From positions 1 to 64,000 of the IMG/VR virus record IMGVR_UViG_3300009509_000004: a stretch of DNA of 64,000 bases; one strand, 5' to 3'. The notes under the pieces were generated by a model. That model was not told where the DNA came from. It saw only the letters and a program-made list of their open reading frames with translations, and searched no databases. A program made the translations under genes and the position numbers. Numbering within the stretch: the stretch's first letter is position 1; each line of letters begins with the position of its first letter. The stretch is from a virus. Shown here piece after piece: positions 36,447 through 47,235 of the stretch.

Positions 36447-38606
36447 CTATGGCTCAATAACTGTGATGCTGACCGTCCCCAACATGGGCAACTCCCTCGG
36501 CAACAAAGGCACATCTGCTGCTGGGCTGTTCAGCACAACTTTTGTGATTGTTTCTGATGTCTCAAATATCTCGTGCATGATGCGTGAGCGCGGCACCTCG
36601 CCGCCAAATTCCCATTCCCACGTCACGCCATCTTCCTTCAGCGCCTCTGGTTGGACCACCCTCTGAAGCCTGTTGATGACCGCCTCGACCTCGACAATGC
36701 CTGTCACAACAGCGTCGATGTCGATGATCTTGGGCGTGTAGTTGAGCGCTGTGACTTCCTGATTGGCAATCAGGTGCTTGTCAATCGGTGGGTGGGCATA
36801 CGGGTTGCCATTGAAGTATTCTTCAAGGGCAGCAATCTGCTCTGCGCTTGCGATGCCCGCGCCTTTGGCAACCACAACCAACTCGATGGTCTTTGGCCCA
36901 AACCCCTCTTCAAACGCCCTCGCCCTGCTGTATGGGATCGCCCCGTCCTCATCAACAAATGCGACAGCCAAATTTTCAACGTCATTTGGGCTGACTGCAA
37001 CGTCCTTGATTCTGAGGCTTGCTGGCCCCTCGATCTTGGCCTTCTCCAAGCTCTCTTCAGACGCACCCTGGGCCTCTGCCCAGCCTGTCGCCTGTCTTGG
37101 ATTCCAAACCTTGTTGATGAACGTCAGCCCAGTCTTGTCGATGGTGATCGTGTTTGCGCCCACATTGCCATCGTTGGCCGCCCCGTGGCGATAGCTGATG
37201 GCGACATTGCCCACGCCCAATGGCGGGATGCGCCCTGTCACGCCGTCGCCAAACACGACTGTAGCCCTGTCGTTTGCCCCCAGCTCGATTGTGTAGTGCT
37301 TGTCTCCAGGCAAGCTGGACAGGAAGTTGTCAACCCGCGTCCATGGTTCGCCGTCAACTGTGACCTCATCTGTGTCGTTGATGAAGTAGTCTTGTGTGGT
37401 CTGGAAGCGTTGGTTGGCCAGCCCAGTCGATGAACCCAGCGGATCGTCCGTGCGACTCCTGCCTTGCGTCGCAAGCCTGATGACATACTGCTTGCCCTCA
37501 TCCATCCTGCAATTGATGAACGTGGGAGCTGTGGGCGTGGACACAGACACAATCCTGTATCTGAGCCAAAAAGCCTCATACCCGTTGACAGCGTTTTGCT
37601 TCCAATATTGCGTCTGCGTCTGTGGAAGTGGGTATGCCACCTTGCCGTTTTGTGTGAAGTTGGTAGGCTCATCCTCTGCATCTTCCAGGATGGACCAGTT
37701 GGATCCGATGCTGTAGTCAGCCTGATCCACAGATGGCGCAGTCTGACCAAGCAGCCCCGTCGTTGCGATGTTCTTTGAACCATCCCAGACGCTGAGCACG
37801 TTCTGATATGCGGTTGTCTCGTTGAGTTGGACACGCACCTCAGTGCCTTGCCTGTTCTGCGCTCCCAAAAGGCTGGTCAGGTCAAACTCCAGCTGGCCCC
37901 CGCCGATGTCTGTGACGGTGCTTGGTGCCGTCTTGCGCCACTCGCCGTCATAGAACTCAAACACCCCAACGATGTTTGACGCTGGGGATGACAGCGCCGC
38001 TGACAGTTTGTTCCACATGACCTGTTTGTGGCCCCAGTAGATGCAGTCACCAACGGCAGGGGTTGCCCATGGCGTCCAATCATCTGCTGGCGTGGTTGGG
38101 CTGTTTGCCTTTGTTGTGAAGTCGGTGAAAGCGCCATCCTCGCAGCCATACACATAACTGAATTGGTCAGTCCTGTCGATGGTCAGCGCCTCAAGCGCCT
38201 CAAAGTACACAATGGGGTTGCTGCCTTCTTTCTTGATCGCCGATTGCGCCGCCGCGCTGATGATCGTGTATGGTGCGACAAAGACCTTGCTCAGCTCATA
38301 TACCAGATCTGCCTGTGCCGGTGACGCTGGTCTCATCTCATAGTCGATGAGCCGCAGCATGTTTCTTACAGTCTCTGCGAGTTTGGCGGTGGGCAAGGTA
38401 GACTCGTTGGCAACCAAGTCGATGAGCGTGTTGTTGACGTGTCCAACCAAAGCAAACGCCCTGAGCAGCTGGATGAATGGCTCATATGGCAGCTCTTCAG
38501 TCAACTCCGGCACATTGCGCCGCTTGTATTGGATCAGCGCCTCCAGCAACTCTGGATAGTAGAATGCGCTGAAGTCAAAATCAGGTATGGTCACCCTGGT
38601 TGCCAT
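36447..38606 (-). CDS. Baseplate J-like wedge protein
   Basis: ANESTLPTA, SSTGLANQRF, VFGDGVTGRIPP, GNVGANTI. Confidence 0.88.
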   Translation of the reverse strand: MATRVTIPDFDFSAFYYPELLEALIQYKRRNVPELTEELPYEPFIQLLRAFALVGHVNNTLIDLVANESTLPTAKLAETVRNMLRLIDYEMRPASPAQADLVYELSKVFVAPYTIISAAAQSAIKKEGSNPIVYFEALEALTIDRTDQFSYVYGCEDGAFTDFTTKANSPTTPADDWTPWATPAVGDCIYWGHKQVMWNKLSAALSSPASNIVGVFEFYDGEWRKTAPSTVTDIGGGQLEFDLTSLLGAQNRQGTEVRVQLNETTAYQNVLSVWDGSKNIATTGLLGQTAPSVDQADYSIGSNWSILEDAEDEPTNFTQNGKVAYPLPQTQTQYWKQNAVNGYEAFWLRYRIVSVSTPTAPTFINCRMDEGKQYVIRLATQGRSRTDDPLGSSTGLANQRFQTTQDYFINDTDEVTVDGEPWTRVDNFLSSLPGDKHYTIELGANDRATVVFGDGVTGRIPPLGVGNVAISYRHGAANDGNVGANTITIDKTGLTFINKVWNPRQATGWAEAQGASEESLEKAKIEGPASLRIKDVAVSPNDVENLAVAFVDEDGAIPYSRARAFEEGFGPKTIELVVVAKGAGIASAEQIAALEEYFNGNPYAHPPIDKHLIANQEVTALNYTPKIIDIDAVVTGIVEVEAVINRLQRVVQPEALKEDGVTWEWEFGGEVPRSRIMHEIFETSETITKVVLNSPAADVPLLPRELPMLGTVSITVIEP

Positions 38607-38616
38607 GTATCACCTC

Positions 38617-38997
38617 TCAATCGCTGCTCGTGAATGCTCGCCTGAACAGCACGTCTTCATCACTCTCCAAGTTGACATATTTGAATTCAAGCGTCAGCTC
38701 CTGCTTGTCTGCATCTTCTGTCCACTTGAGCGTTTCCTTCTTCAACTTGAAGCGCTTTTGAACTCTGAATTCATCAAAAATCCTGTACACACGTCGCAGT
38801 ATTCTAGCCCTGAGCGTGGGATCGTTCAAATCGAACACCATACCAACGTCCAAACTGATGTCCTGCTGAAATGCATTTTCGCTGTCGTCGCTGCCAAGTG
38901 ACACCTTGATGATCTTGGCGTCGTTGTCGTCGCCTTCAACAAGTGCAGCCCCGCCGTTTGGCCCCACTCCAACTGGTATTTTGAGCCCTTTTGGCAT
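38617..38997 (-). CDS. gp25-like baseplate wedge protein
   Basis: Size and position before baseplate J; GMVFD motif. Confidence 0.65.
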   Translation of the reverse strand: MPKGLKIPVGVGPNGGAALVEGDDNDAKIIKVSLGSDDSENAFQQDISLDVGMVFDLNDPTLRARILRRVYRIFDEFRVQKRFKLKKETLKWTEDADKQELTLEFKYVNLESDEDVLFRRAFTSSD

Positions 38998-39005
38998 GTG
39001 TCACC

Positions 39006-39494
39006 TCACAATATCGGCTGTGGCCCGATGCCAGCCGGTGGCGGTGGGAAGTTGGCGATGCCTCCCAAATGCGTCGTGTGTATCGCCGCTGCTACAGCTT
39101 GTGCTGATGCAGCAAGATCCAATTGCCCCGCCGTGTTTGCTGCGAATACAGGTGCCAGCGCCGCCGCAATACCTCCAATGCCTGGAGGTGGTACAGCCGC
39201 CACTGCCGGTGGCCAAATTGAAGCAGCCGCGCCTGCCACGACTCCCCAAGCAGCTCCGATGCCGCCTGAGATCGCCCCTGCCGCCGCTCCATCTGCTGAC
39301 ATCCCTGTCATCGCTCCTTTCATGCTGCTGACTGCTCCAGCAAACGACCCTGGCGTGGCTGGTACTGGGCCTGCAACCGACCCTTCCATGTACTTTTCCC
39401 ACGCAGCTGCAAATGCGTTGATGGCATCGATCTCCTTGTCTGTCGGTTCCATCTTCTCAAGCTCTGCAGCGAGCGTTGCTGGTAACAATGGCAT
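39006..39494 (-). CDS. Ala/Gly/Pro-rich baseplate protein
   Basis: Lies between the spike and the gp25-like gene. Confidence 0.6.
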   Translation of the reverse strand: MPLLPATLAAELEKMEPTDKEIDAINAFAAAWEKYMEGSVAGPVPATPGSFAGAVSSMKGAMTGMSADGAAAGAISGGIGAAWGVVAGAAASIWPPAVAAVPPPGIGGIAAALAPVFAANTAGQLDLAASAQAVAAAIHTTHLGGIANFPPPPAGIGPQPIL

Positions 39495-39505
39495 CCTTGT
39501 ATCTC

Positions 39506-40510
39506 CTATCCGTCAGGGAACACCAACTTGCTTGAAGTGATGTTGCTTTCGTATGGGTCCAACGGTTTTGTCGGTGGCCCGCTTGGCCCCATGCCTGTCG
39601 GGTGTATGTGCGTATCAAACGCGATCTTCACCTTGTTGTCAATGTACTCTTGGAGGTGTTCTGCGATTGCTGCGCTGACTGCGCCATCTCCAAGGGTTGT
39701 TGTTGCGTCTGCGTCTTTGCCGGCAACGTCCACACCAGCCCCGCCGCCTGTGTTCGCGGTAAATTGCCCATCATTGAGCTTGACGTTGTGGTCTCCATTC
39801 GCAAGGTTCACCTCCAGGCTTGGTGCCGACCCATCCATCACAACGGTGTGCTCGCCTTCTGCCAGGCTGACCTCGATCTTGGGTGTTTCAGCGTCCAACT
39901 CGATCTTGTGCTTCTGCTCATCCACCTCGATGAGCAACTTGTTGCCCTCGGTTTGAAAGTGGATTGTGTGCTTGTTGAGCAATGTGATCTTGAGACTGCC
40001 GTCAGGCTCGATCTCAAGTCTGCTGTACTTTTCTGGCTCTGGTGTCGCCCCGACCTCCAGCTGCTCTTTCATCCACGTGAGCCACATCGTGGGAGCATCT
40101 GGGGTGTCATCCATCATGAAGATGTGACCAAATGGCGTGGCAAATCCTCGCCGTTTGCCATACACCTCCAGGAAGTCTGGGTGGATTGGCCTCGCCTCTG
40201 TGTTCTCGCCCTCTGGTTCATCCACCGTGTAGTAGCGCTTGCCCCTCCAGTGGATGTCCATGTTGTCAATCGACATCTGGCCCTGCACTTCATCCTCGTC
40301 AGAGCCAACTATGACTTCCACCTCGACAGTCTCACCGACATCAGGCACATAGAACCAGCCCCAATCATGCAGCGGTTCAACCCACATCGGCAGCTCTGTC
40401 TCTTCATCGCCCAACAGCTGTGCGCATGCTACCTTGATGCGCCCTCTGTTCTCATCATCCTCGTTTGAGGTGACGGTTGCTGAATATCTTTCAGTGATCA
40501 CGCCCATCAC
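39506..40510 (-). CDS. Baseplate spike (gpV/gp5-like OB fold + beta-helix)
   Basis: DDENRGRIKV, FYVPDVGETVEVE, C-terminal HIHPTGMGPSGPP. Confidence 0.85.
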   Translation of the reverse strand: MMGVITERYSATVTSNEDDENRGRIKVACAQLLGDEETELPMWVEPLHDWGWFYVPDVGETVEVEVIVGSDEDEVQGQMSIDNMDIHWRGKRYYTVDEPEGENTEARPIHPDFLEVYGKRRGFATPFGHIFMMDDTPDAPTMWLTWMKEQLEVGATPEPEKYSRLEIEPDGSLKITLLNKHTIHFQTEGNKLLIEVDEQKHKIELDAETPKIEVSLAEGEHTVVMDGSAPSLEVNLANGDHNVKLNDGQFTANTGGGAGVDVAGKDADATTTLGDGAVSAAIAEHLQEYIDNKVKIAFDTHIHPTGMGPSGPPTKPLDPYESNITSSKLVFPDG

Positions 40511-41667
40511 GGCACCACCTTTCTGGCGGCAAAGTCAATCACATAGCCCTCTGTCTTGGAGCACATGTGCTTGACTTTTGTGAAGTAGTAATCACCATTG
40601 TATGTGTTGCCCACGCCATCCAGCGAGTGCGTCTGCCTCGCTCTCAGGTTTCCGACACCGATCAAGCGCCCCCTGCTGAGGATGAAATTCTCACGCATGC
40701 GCCTGAACCACTGCTTGGCCCACTCTTCAACTTCCTTCTGTGTCTTGAATCGCCTGTTGGTGTTCACATTGAAGCTGAAGTCGTTGAAGAACAATTTGAC
40801 ATCGCTGGCAGTGGTCAACTCATCGGTGACCTCGCCAGTTGGGTTTCCTGCCGCCTGGATGTCTGGTGACTTGTTGCTTTCCTCCTTGACTTCTGCCTTG
40901 AGCACCTTGCCTGTGCGGTTGTCCTTGACCACAACCTCCATGTCGGTGATTGCGCCTTTGATCAAGAACTCAGGCTGGAAAGACAGCAACGTGCTGTTAT
41001 CTCCCTCGTTGTATTTGAATGTGTATTTCTTGTCTTGGAGCGATGCCAATGACTCAGGCTTCTTGAAGTACAGCACCCACGTGCCATCCTCAAGCCCCTC
41101 GACCCAGAACACATATCCATTCAGGTTGGCCAACCCCTGCACAAACTCATAGTCAGACACGCCTGGCCGTTGGATGAAATTGTGCGGCTGATCTGCTGTG
41201 TCGTCAATCTCAGGCCCCAGGTCATAGTCATTCGCCCTGTCGGCAACCGCCTCAGCAAATGTGGCATCCTTGAACACGCGCCCGCCCTTGCCGCCTTCCT
41301 TCTTGGGCTTCTTGGGTTCATTGTCCATCATCTTGCTGTCCTTGGTGTAGCCAACGACCTGTATGGTGGGCATCCCGCTTTGCGGGAAGTTGGGCACCTG
41401 CTTTGCGATGATGACTCGCCCAACATATTCAAGCTCTGACCCGTATCCCATCCAGATCGCCATCTCGTTTCCTGGCTGAAACACCTTGGCATTGCTGAGC
41501 AGGAAGTCTGGGTTGACAGCCCTGATTCTGGCAACATCTGCCATCCCATCAGCGCTCTCATACTCCACAGATTCACAGAACTGCATGACACCATATTCCA
41601 ATTCCTTGCCCTCGACCTCGACAGCAAAGGTGGGTGCCAAATAGTCTGTGCCTCCAAACAATCCCAT
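40507..41667 (-). CDS. Baseplate hub (gpD/late control-like)
   Basis: IWMGY, SDYEFVQGLA, GVGNTYNGDYYFTKVKH. Confidence 0.82.
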   Translation of the reverse strand: MGLFGGTDYLAPTFAVEVEGKELEYGVMQFCESVEYESADGMADVARIRAVNPDFLLSNAKVFQPGNEMAIWMGYGSELEYVGRVIIAKQVPNFPQSGMPTIQVVGYTKDSKMMDNEPKKPKKEGGKGGRVFKDATFAEAVADRANDYDLGPEIDDTADQPHNFIQRPGVSDYEFVQGLANLNGYVFWVEGLEDGTWVLYFKKPESLASLQDKKYTFKYNEGDNSTLLSFQPEFLIKGAITDMEVVVKDNRTGKVLKAEVKEESNKSPDIQAAGNPTGEVTDELTTASDVKLFFNDFSFNVNTNRRFKTQKEVEEWAKQWFRRMRENFILSRGRLIGVGNLRARQTHSLDGVGNTYNGDYYFTKVKHMCSKTEGYVIDFAARKVVP

Positions 41668-41674
41668 GTTCCCC

Positions 41675-42442
41675 TCAATCAGCGATGATCACATGGCTGA
41701 CATACGTCCTGTTGCGTCGCTCAAACATCTCCCTGCGCAAATCTCTCTGCGGGGTTTGCTTCTTGCCATATGCCGTCTGCAATGCAACGCTCTTGGTTTC
41801 AACTTTGTCCTTGCGGATCGCCTCGATGCTGGGCAGCTTGATGACGTCACCCGTCTGAACGTTGGGCTTTGTCGGGTGCCGCTTTCTGATGACATCCCCC
41901 AGCATGGGGTTGCCATATTCCTTCTGCGTCAACATCTCATAGTAGTCACGCACCGCTGCCCTGTGGTAGCGTGTCTCACCCGCCGCCTTTGACTCCAAAT
42001 CAAATGCTGTGTACTTCCTGAGCGTGATGGATGCTTGAACGCTGCGGATGTTGCCAAACCACGTGGGCCTGCCAAACTTCGGTGACAGCGACTCGATGAC
42101 ACAGTCCATCATCTCCCACCCAGTGCCGACCCAGAAGGTCAGAACGGGTGGACGGTTGCCATATATCTCATCTGGTTTTGCCCACGATTCCAGCAAATAG
42201 TAATCCTCTTCAGCGTTGCTGAACACTGAATCCCTGTCATACAGCACGATGTCGAATGACACCGTGTCAGCACTCTGATTCAAGAACTGCAGGATCTCAT
42301 TGGCCCTGTTCAGCGCTGTGTGTCCAACCCAATTGGGCTTCACATTCTTGGACATATTCACAGGCTCAAATTGGCCCTGCATGATCTGGAATGTGGTCTG
42401 ATTCTGCAGGAACCATGACCTGAAGTTGGGGAACAAACCCAT
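41675..42442 (-). CDS. Tail tube initiator with a LysM-like domain
   Basis: PPVLTFWVG...CVIESL; YGNPML...VQTGDVIKLP. Confidence 0.75.
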   Translation of the reverse strand: MGLFPNFRSWFLQNQTTFQIMQGQFEPVNMSKNVKPNWVGHTALNRANEILQFLNQSADTVSFDIVLYDRDSVFSNAEEDYYLLESWAKPDEIYGNRPPVLTFWVGTGWEMMDCVIESLSPKFGRPTWFGNIRSVQASITLRKYTAFDLESKAAGETRYHRAAVRDYYEMLTQKEYGNPMLGDVIRKRHPTKPNVQTGDVIKLPSIEAIRKDKVETKSVALQTAYGKKQTPQRDLRREMFERRNRTYVSHVIIAD

Positions 42443-45400
42443 TATGCCACCCCCTTCATCGGAGCAGCGCCGTGCTCAAGCATCGCCCTGCGTTGCCACG
42501 GGGTGGACTTGAACCCTGACCTGTCCTGAATCTCCTGCTTGTGTCTTGCGCTCGCAACGTTGATCGACTCGCCGTCAACGCACATCTTGTTGTTGATGTC
42601 GATGGTGCGCTTGTCCTCAAGCTGAATCTCTGCTTTGACCTCTGGCTTTTGCGCCTGCCGTTGTTTCTCCATCGCCTTGAGATCGCCGATTGCCGCAACT
42701 TGATCCTTGAGCAGCGCGATCTGTTCAGCCGTCCCTGCCTGTGCTTGGGTCTGGGCTGCCTGAACCTGCGGTTGTGCTGCCGCCGCTGCCGCTTTTGCCG
42801 GCTCTGCGCCTTTTAGAGTTGCTGCAACAGTAGGTACAGCCTTGTCCAGTTGCGCAGCAATTTCGTCACTCTGAATGCCTCCCTCCATCCATTTCTGAAG
42901 GGAACCAAGATCAACTCCCAGCTTCCCTGCGAGCGTATCAGCACCAGGGATCTTGCGGATGAGTTTGATCACCACGCCCATGACTGCCCTCAGCGGCATG
43001 GTCAGCGCGTTGAAGATGCCGATGCCGACCCGTTTGAGGCCACCCAGGAAGTCGCCTTGGAACATCTGGATGATGCCGCCAAACACGTCCTGAAACACCC
43101 TCTTGATTGTGATGATGGGCGTCTTGAACAGCGGGATCAAGAATGACACGATCTTGCCGATTGTGTTGACCACAAAGCCAACGACCTCGATGAGAGCAAT
43201 CAACATTGCTGAAATGAAGTTGCCGATGGTCGTGCCGACCTCGACCCAATTGACCTCGACCGTGCTGCCACCAGACGTGAACTCTGCCACGACATCGTTG
43301 ATCTCTGCCTTGATTTCTGCCACCACCCCGCTGAACGTCTCAACGATGGTGTTCCAGACGTTCATGAAGGTGTTTTTGATCTCTGTCCAATTTGCCATCA
43401 GGGCATCGCCCGCCGCCTTCAGCGCGGTGAGTGGCCCCTCGATGAATCCCCATACTGTGTCCATCAACCAGACAAACACATCAATGACCATGCCAAAGGC
43501 ATCAGCAGCGACACTGGCAACCCAGAGAACGCCGTTGGCGATTGCTCCGCCAACTTCATCCCACTTGATCTCCATGTCGTCCAAGCCCTGGAACCATGAC
43601 CCAAAGATGGCGTTGAACCTCTCTTTGATTTTGGCAACTGTGGTCTCGATTTTCTGAACTGCTTGGTCCCAAACCGCCTTCCACTTGTCAATGACCGCCC
43701 CGATGCCTTCATCCCACTTCTGCTTGAACCCGTCAATGAACGGTGTCCAAACGTTGTTGTAGAAGTCCATCACGGCCTGCTTGATGTTGCCCCACACCCT
43801 GACCAGGGTGTCGCCAATTGACTCGCCTTCCTTCCTGATGAACAAGAATGCAAGGGCAACCGCCCCCGCAACGATGACGATGGGCCAGAACGCCCCTGCG
43901 AGCAACGCCAGCCCGCCCTTGATGACCGCAAACGCCCCAAGCGCGATGGTCTTGAATGCCGCAAACGCCTGAATCAACCCGCTGACCATGAAACCAAAGG
44001 TCACAAGGCCAAGAATGATGGGCACCATCGCGCCTGCCACAATCGCAAAGATGGTGGCATATTTGGCAATCTTGCGCACGCCGTCCTTGCCAAACTTGTC
44101 CTCAAGCGTCTTGCCCAGCTCCTTGACTTTGGCCACAACGCTGTCCCACGCATCCCTGAGCGTGTCGATGGCATCTTGCAGCCCCAGCGCGATCTGCAGG
44201 GCTGTGCTCCCGTGTTCCTCTTCAATCTTCTGCAGTGTCTCCATCTCAAAGATTTGAGAACGGATCTTGTCAGCATCCCTGGCTCTGGCCGCCTCGACCT
44301 CTGACATTGCAGCGATCTCTTGCTCAATCTGCCTGCGCTGCGCCTGGCTCAATTTCTTGTTGCTGTCCAGCGCCTCTTGCAATACCTGGGTGCGCAACTG
44401 CCTCTGAGCGTCAGCCGCCCCCGCCGCGCCGCTGAATGCAAGGTCAATCTGCTGCTTGGAAGCATCCCGCCTCGCCTTGACCATCTCGTTGATCTGCTGA
44501 AGCATCATGTTCTTGCGCTTCTCAGACAGATCGCTGATGGATTTGACTCCAGCCGCTTCCAAGTGCCGTGTCTTGAGCGCTTCTGCTCGCCTCTTGGTCT
44601 CAGCCTCGATGGCAGACTCAACCGCCCTCTTGCGCGCCTCGACCTGCGCTGATGACAACTGCTCTTCACCTATCTGCATGCGGGAAATCACCTGAAGTGC
44701 TCCCAGCATTGAACTCCTGTATTTGTCCGTGACGCCAGCCGCCTCAAGCCGCTTGCTCGACTCACGTGCAATGGCCTGAGCGCTCTTGGCGTTCTCCATG
44801 TTCTCCTTTTGTCTGATCTCGTTGAGCCCTTCCAGGCTGAACAGCACGCCGTTCAAGCTGTTGGTCATCTGCTCGATGACTGGCGTGAAGCTCTTGAGCA
44901 GCGGTCCAAAAATGCCGATGCTCACCGACTCGACTGATGCCCCAAACAGTGTTAGTCTGCCCAGGAAGTTGTCAAGCCGCTTGTTGGCCATCTCTGTGGC
45001 CGCCCCAACGCCAGCACTGGATGCGACAAGCTCATCTTGCAACTTGTCCATCGACTCCTTGCCAGCAACTGCCAGAGCGTTGTATGCACGCGCACCCCTG
45101 ATGCCAAACAGCTCAGTGGCGATGCGCGCCCGCTCCGTGGCGCTTGGGATCTTGGCCATCCTCCTGCTGACCTGGTCAACGATGTCGCTCACCTTCCTGA
45201 GCGTTCCATCTGCGTTGGTCAGTGACAGCCCCCAATCGTTGATGATCTTCTTGCCCTCTCGCCCTGGCTTGGATAGCTTCACCATCATGTTGGTGAATGC
45301 CGTTCCAGCCAGCGATCCCTTCAGGCCTGCATCCGCCAGCTTGCCAAAGATGGCAGTTGTTTCCTCAAGGGACATCCCAAGTGATTTGGCCTGGGACACG

Positions 45401-46068
45401 CCATATTTGAATGATTCTCCAAGCCCTGTGATATTGGTGTTTGACCTCGCTGAAGCAAGGGCCAGCACGTCTGCGACGTGTGAAGCCTCGCCCCATTCCA
45501 TGGCCATGCCCTTGACGACCTGGGCAACGATGTCGGATGCTGTCGCCAAGTCGATGGCGTCAGCCGCCGCTGCATTCATCGTGCCTTGGAGTGCTGCGAT
45601 GATCTGGTCTGAGTTTGCGCCCGCCCGCCCCAAATACTCCATCGCCTCGCCTGCCTGAGTAGCACTGAACACGGACACGATGCCCATGCGCTTTGCTTCC
45701 TTGGTCAGCTTGGCCATGTCCTCTTCATTGGCTCGCGTGATCGCGCCAACGCCAGACATCTGCTGCTCAAACTTGGCTGCCTTTGCTACGCCAGCCCCTA
45801 CTGCAGCTGTGAGTGGGAGTGCTCCCAGCGCTGCGTTGCGCAGCCCCGCTCCCATCTGTTTGACGCCAGCTCCAATCTGCTTGAAGCCAGACATCATCTG
45901 GTTTGTGGCTTGTTGTACCGATCTCGCCATGCGCTGCATGGCAGGTGGGGTGCGGTCAGCAGTCTGGATGAACTGTCCCAAGGCATTGCGCGCACGATTG
46001 CTTGCTTGGACAAATTGTTTGTCGTCTGCTGTGAGCGTAGCTCCCAAACCGTATCGCTCAAGTGCCAT
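42442..46068 (-). CDS. Tail tape measure protein
   Basis: TP901-type core (FSATQAGEAMEYLGRAG, GLKGSLAGT), TM segments, W/F-spaced repeats. Confidence 0.93.
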   Translation of the reverse strand: MALERYGLGATLTADDKQFVQASNRARNALGQFIQTADRTPPAMQRMARSVQQATNQMMSGFKQIGAGVKQMGAGLRNAALGALPLTAAVGAGVAKAAKFEQQMSGVGAITRANEEDMAKLTKEAKRMGIVSVFSATQAGEAMEYLGRAGANSDQIIAALQGTMNAAAADAIDLATASDIVAQVVKGMAMEWGEASHVADVLALASARSNTNITGLGESFKYGVSQAKSLGMSLEETTAIFGKLADAGLKGSLAGTAFTNMMVKLSKPGREGKKIINDWGLSLTNADGTLRKVSDIVDQVSRRMAKIPSATERARIATELFGIRGARAYNALAVAGKESMDKLQDELVASSAGVGAATEMANKRLDNFLGRLTLFGASVESVSIGIFGPLLKSFTPVIEQMTNSLNGVLFSLEGLNEIRQKENMENAKSAQAIARESSKRLEAAGVTDKYRSSMLGALQVISRMQIGEEQLSSAQVEARKRAVESAIEAETKRRAEALKTRHLEAAGVKSISDLSEKRKNMMLQQINEMVKARRDASKQQIDLAFSGAAGAADAQRQLRTQVLQEALDSNKKLSQAQRRQIEQEIAAMSEVEAARARDADKIRSQIFEMETLQKIEEEHGSTALQIALGLQDAIDTLRDAWDSVVAKVKELGKTLEDKFGKDGVRKIAKYATIFAIVAGAMVPIILGLVTFGFMVSGLIQAFAAFKTIALGAFAVIKGGLALLAGAFWPIVIVAGAVALAFLFIRKEGESIGDTLVRVWGNIKQAVMDFYNNVWTPFIDGFKQKWDEGIGAVIDKWKAVWDQAVQKIETTVAKIKERFNAIFGSWFQGLDDMEIKWDEVGGAIANGVLWVASVAADAFGMVIDVFVWLMDTVWGFIEGPLTALKAAGDALMANWTEIKNTFMNVWNTIVETFSGVVAEIKAEINDVVAEFTSGGSTVEVNWVEVGTTIGNFISAMLIALIEVVGFVVNTIGKIVSFLIPLFKTPIITIKRVFQDVFGGIIQMFQGDFLGGLKRVGIGIFNALTMPLRAVMGVVIKLIRKIPGADTLAGKLGVDLGSLQKWMEGGIQSDEIAAQLDKAVPTVAATLKGAEPAKAAAAAAQPQVQAAQTQAQAGTAEQIALLKDQVAAIGDLKAMEKQRQAQKPEVKAEIQLEDKRTIDINNKMCVDGESINVASARHKQEIQDRSGFKSTPWQRRAMLEHGAAPMKGVA

Positions 46069-46071
46069 GAG

Positions 46072-46287
46072 CTAATGCCTCCTGGGCTTTTTCACCCTTG
46101 AGCCTCGCTTCATTTGCTCGGCTTCCTTCTTGAGCTGCTTGTGTAACCGTCTCAAATACCACTCACGGTCAACACTCAGCATACGCTCAACGTCACCGTA
46201 TGTCATCCCCTCCATGCAATAGGTTAGCGCAAACACCTCTTCCCGCAAATCATCCGTTGACCTTAGCGGGAAGAATCGCCGAAAAAA
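46072..46287 (-). CDS. -1 frameshift extension of the tail assembly chaperone
   Basis: Slippery T TTT TTC at 46287-46281; the -1 frame is open for 72 codons to TAG at 46072. Confidence 0.75.
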   Translation of the reverse strand, partial: FFRRFFPLRSTDDLREEVFALTYCMEGMTYGDVERMLSVDREWYLRRLHKQLKKEAEQMKRGSRVKKPRRH

Positions 46288-47165
46288 TTGTCATATCCCC
46301 AGTCAATTGCCAGCTTGTACTGGTATCGACAGCGTTGACAATTCCCTTCGACAGACATGTTGGGGCCAATCGCGTGTTCATCAACCCGATTGGTGATCGC
46401 CTCGATGTCTCGTTTGCCCATCTCATCCAACTCAGACTCGGCAAGGGCAACCTGCTGTGGTTTCCCTTCCTTGTCCTTCCAGTTGGCGATCCCGTGAATG
46501 GAACCAAGGATGACGCTTGCCTTTGCTGCTCCTGTGTTCAGACCTCCAACGCCCTGCATGTTTTCCAATGAAGTCCAACGTGCTGGGCCCATGAGCAGGT
46601 CTGTCACCTCTTTTCCCCTGATGCTGAATGGCTCCCTGAGCTTATACTCCCACAGGGAATCGCCCAACTTCTCACAGACGTCAACCTCAACGGTTTCCAA
46701 GTCTGCTGTGAACGGGAATTTGAAGCCACAGTTTGGGCACCTCAAGTTGAGGTGCAGCTCGTTGCCCAAGGCCTGCATGCGCAACCAGACATAGGCATAG
46801 AACACATCACCCATGAACATCTGTGAGATGTGGATGCGCCTTTCCTCTGGCTTCATGCCCTCAAATTTGTGTTGCCCGACCTGGGTGCACATCGTGGCCA
46901 GAACCATGCCAACAAACTGCGCAACGTTGGCATCTCGGTTCTTGTCCCTCAGATCGCCCAACTCGCGTTCTTCAGCCATGCGCCATCGCCTCACAGCGAT
47001 GTCCTTGGCATAGCTGCCGTCAGTTGTGACAAGACCAAGGGGCAGCCTTGGCCCCTGCTCTTTGAGCACAACTCGCTTCAGATGGGCAACGCCCTTGTCG
47101 GAAACAGAATTGGCCGTTTCATCGGCCTGTGGATCCACACCTTGCGGTGTTTCTGGCTGGATCAC
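46263..47165 (-). CDS. Tail assembly chaperone (T4 gp26-like Zn ribbons)
   Basis: Between the tube and tape measure genes; CPNC, CQRC; ends DNFF. Confidence 0.75.
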   Translation of the reverse strand: MIQPETPQGVDPQADETANSVSDKGVAHLKRVVLKEQGPRLPLGLVTTDGSYAKDIAVRRWRMAEERELGDLRDKNRDANVAQFVGMVLATMCTQVGQHKFEGMKPEERRIHISQMFMGDVFYAYVWLRMQALGNELHLNLRCPNCGFKFPFTADLETVEVDVCEKLGDSLWEYKLREPFSIRGKEVTDLLMGPARWTSLENMQGVGGLNTGAAKASVILGSIHGIANWKDKEGKPQQVALAESELDEMGKRDIEAITNRVDEHAIGPNMSVEGNCQRCRYQYKLAIDWGYDNFFGDSSR

Positions 47166-47235
47166 GGTTCACCTCCAATCAGCAGTGCCCTTGTTAGGCC
47201 CAACCGTGGTATGTGTTATGAATCTTGTCGTCTGT

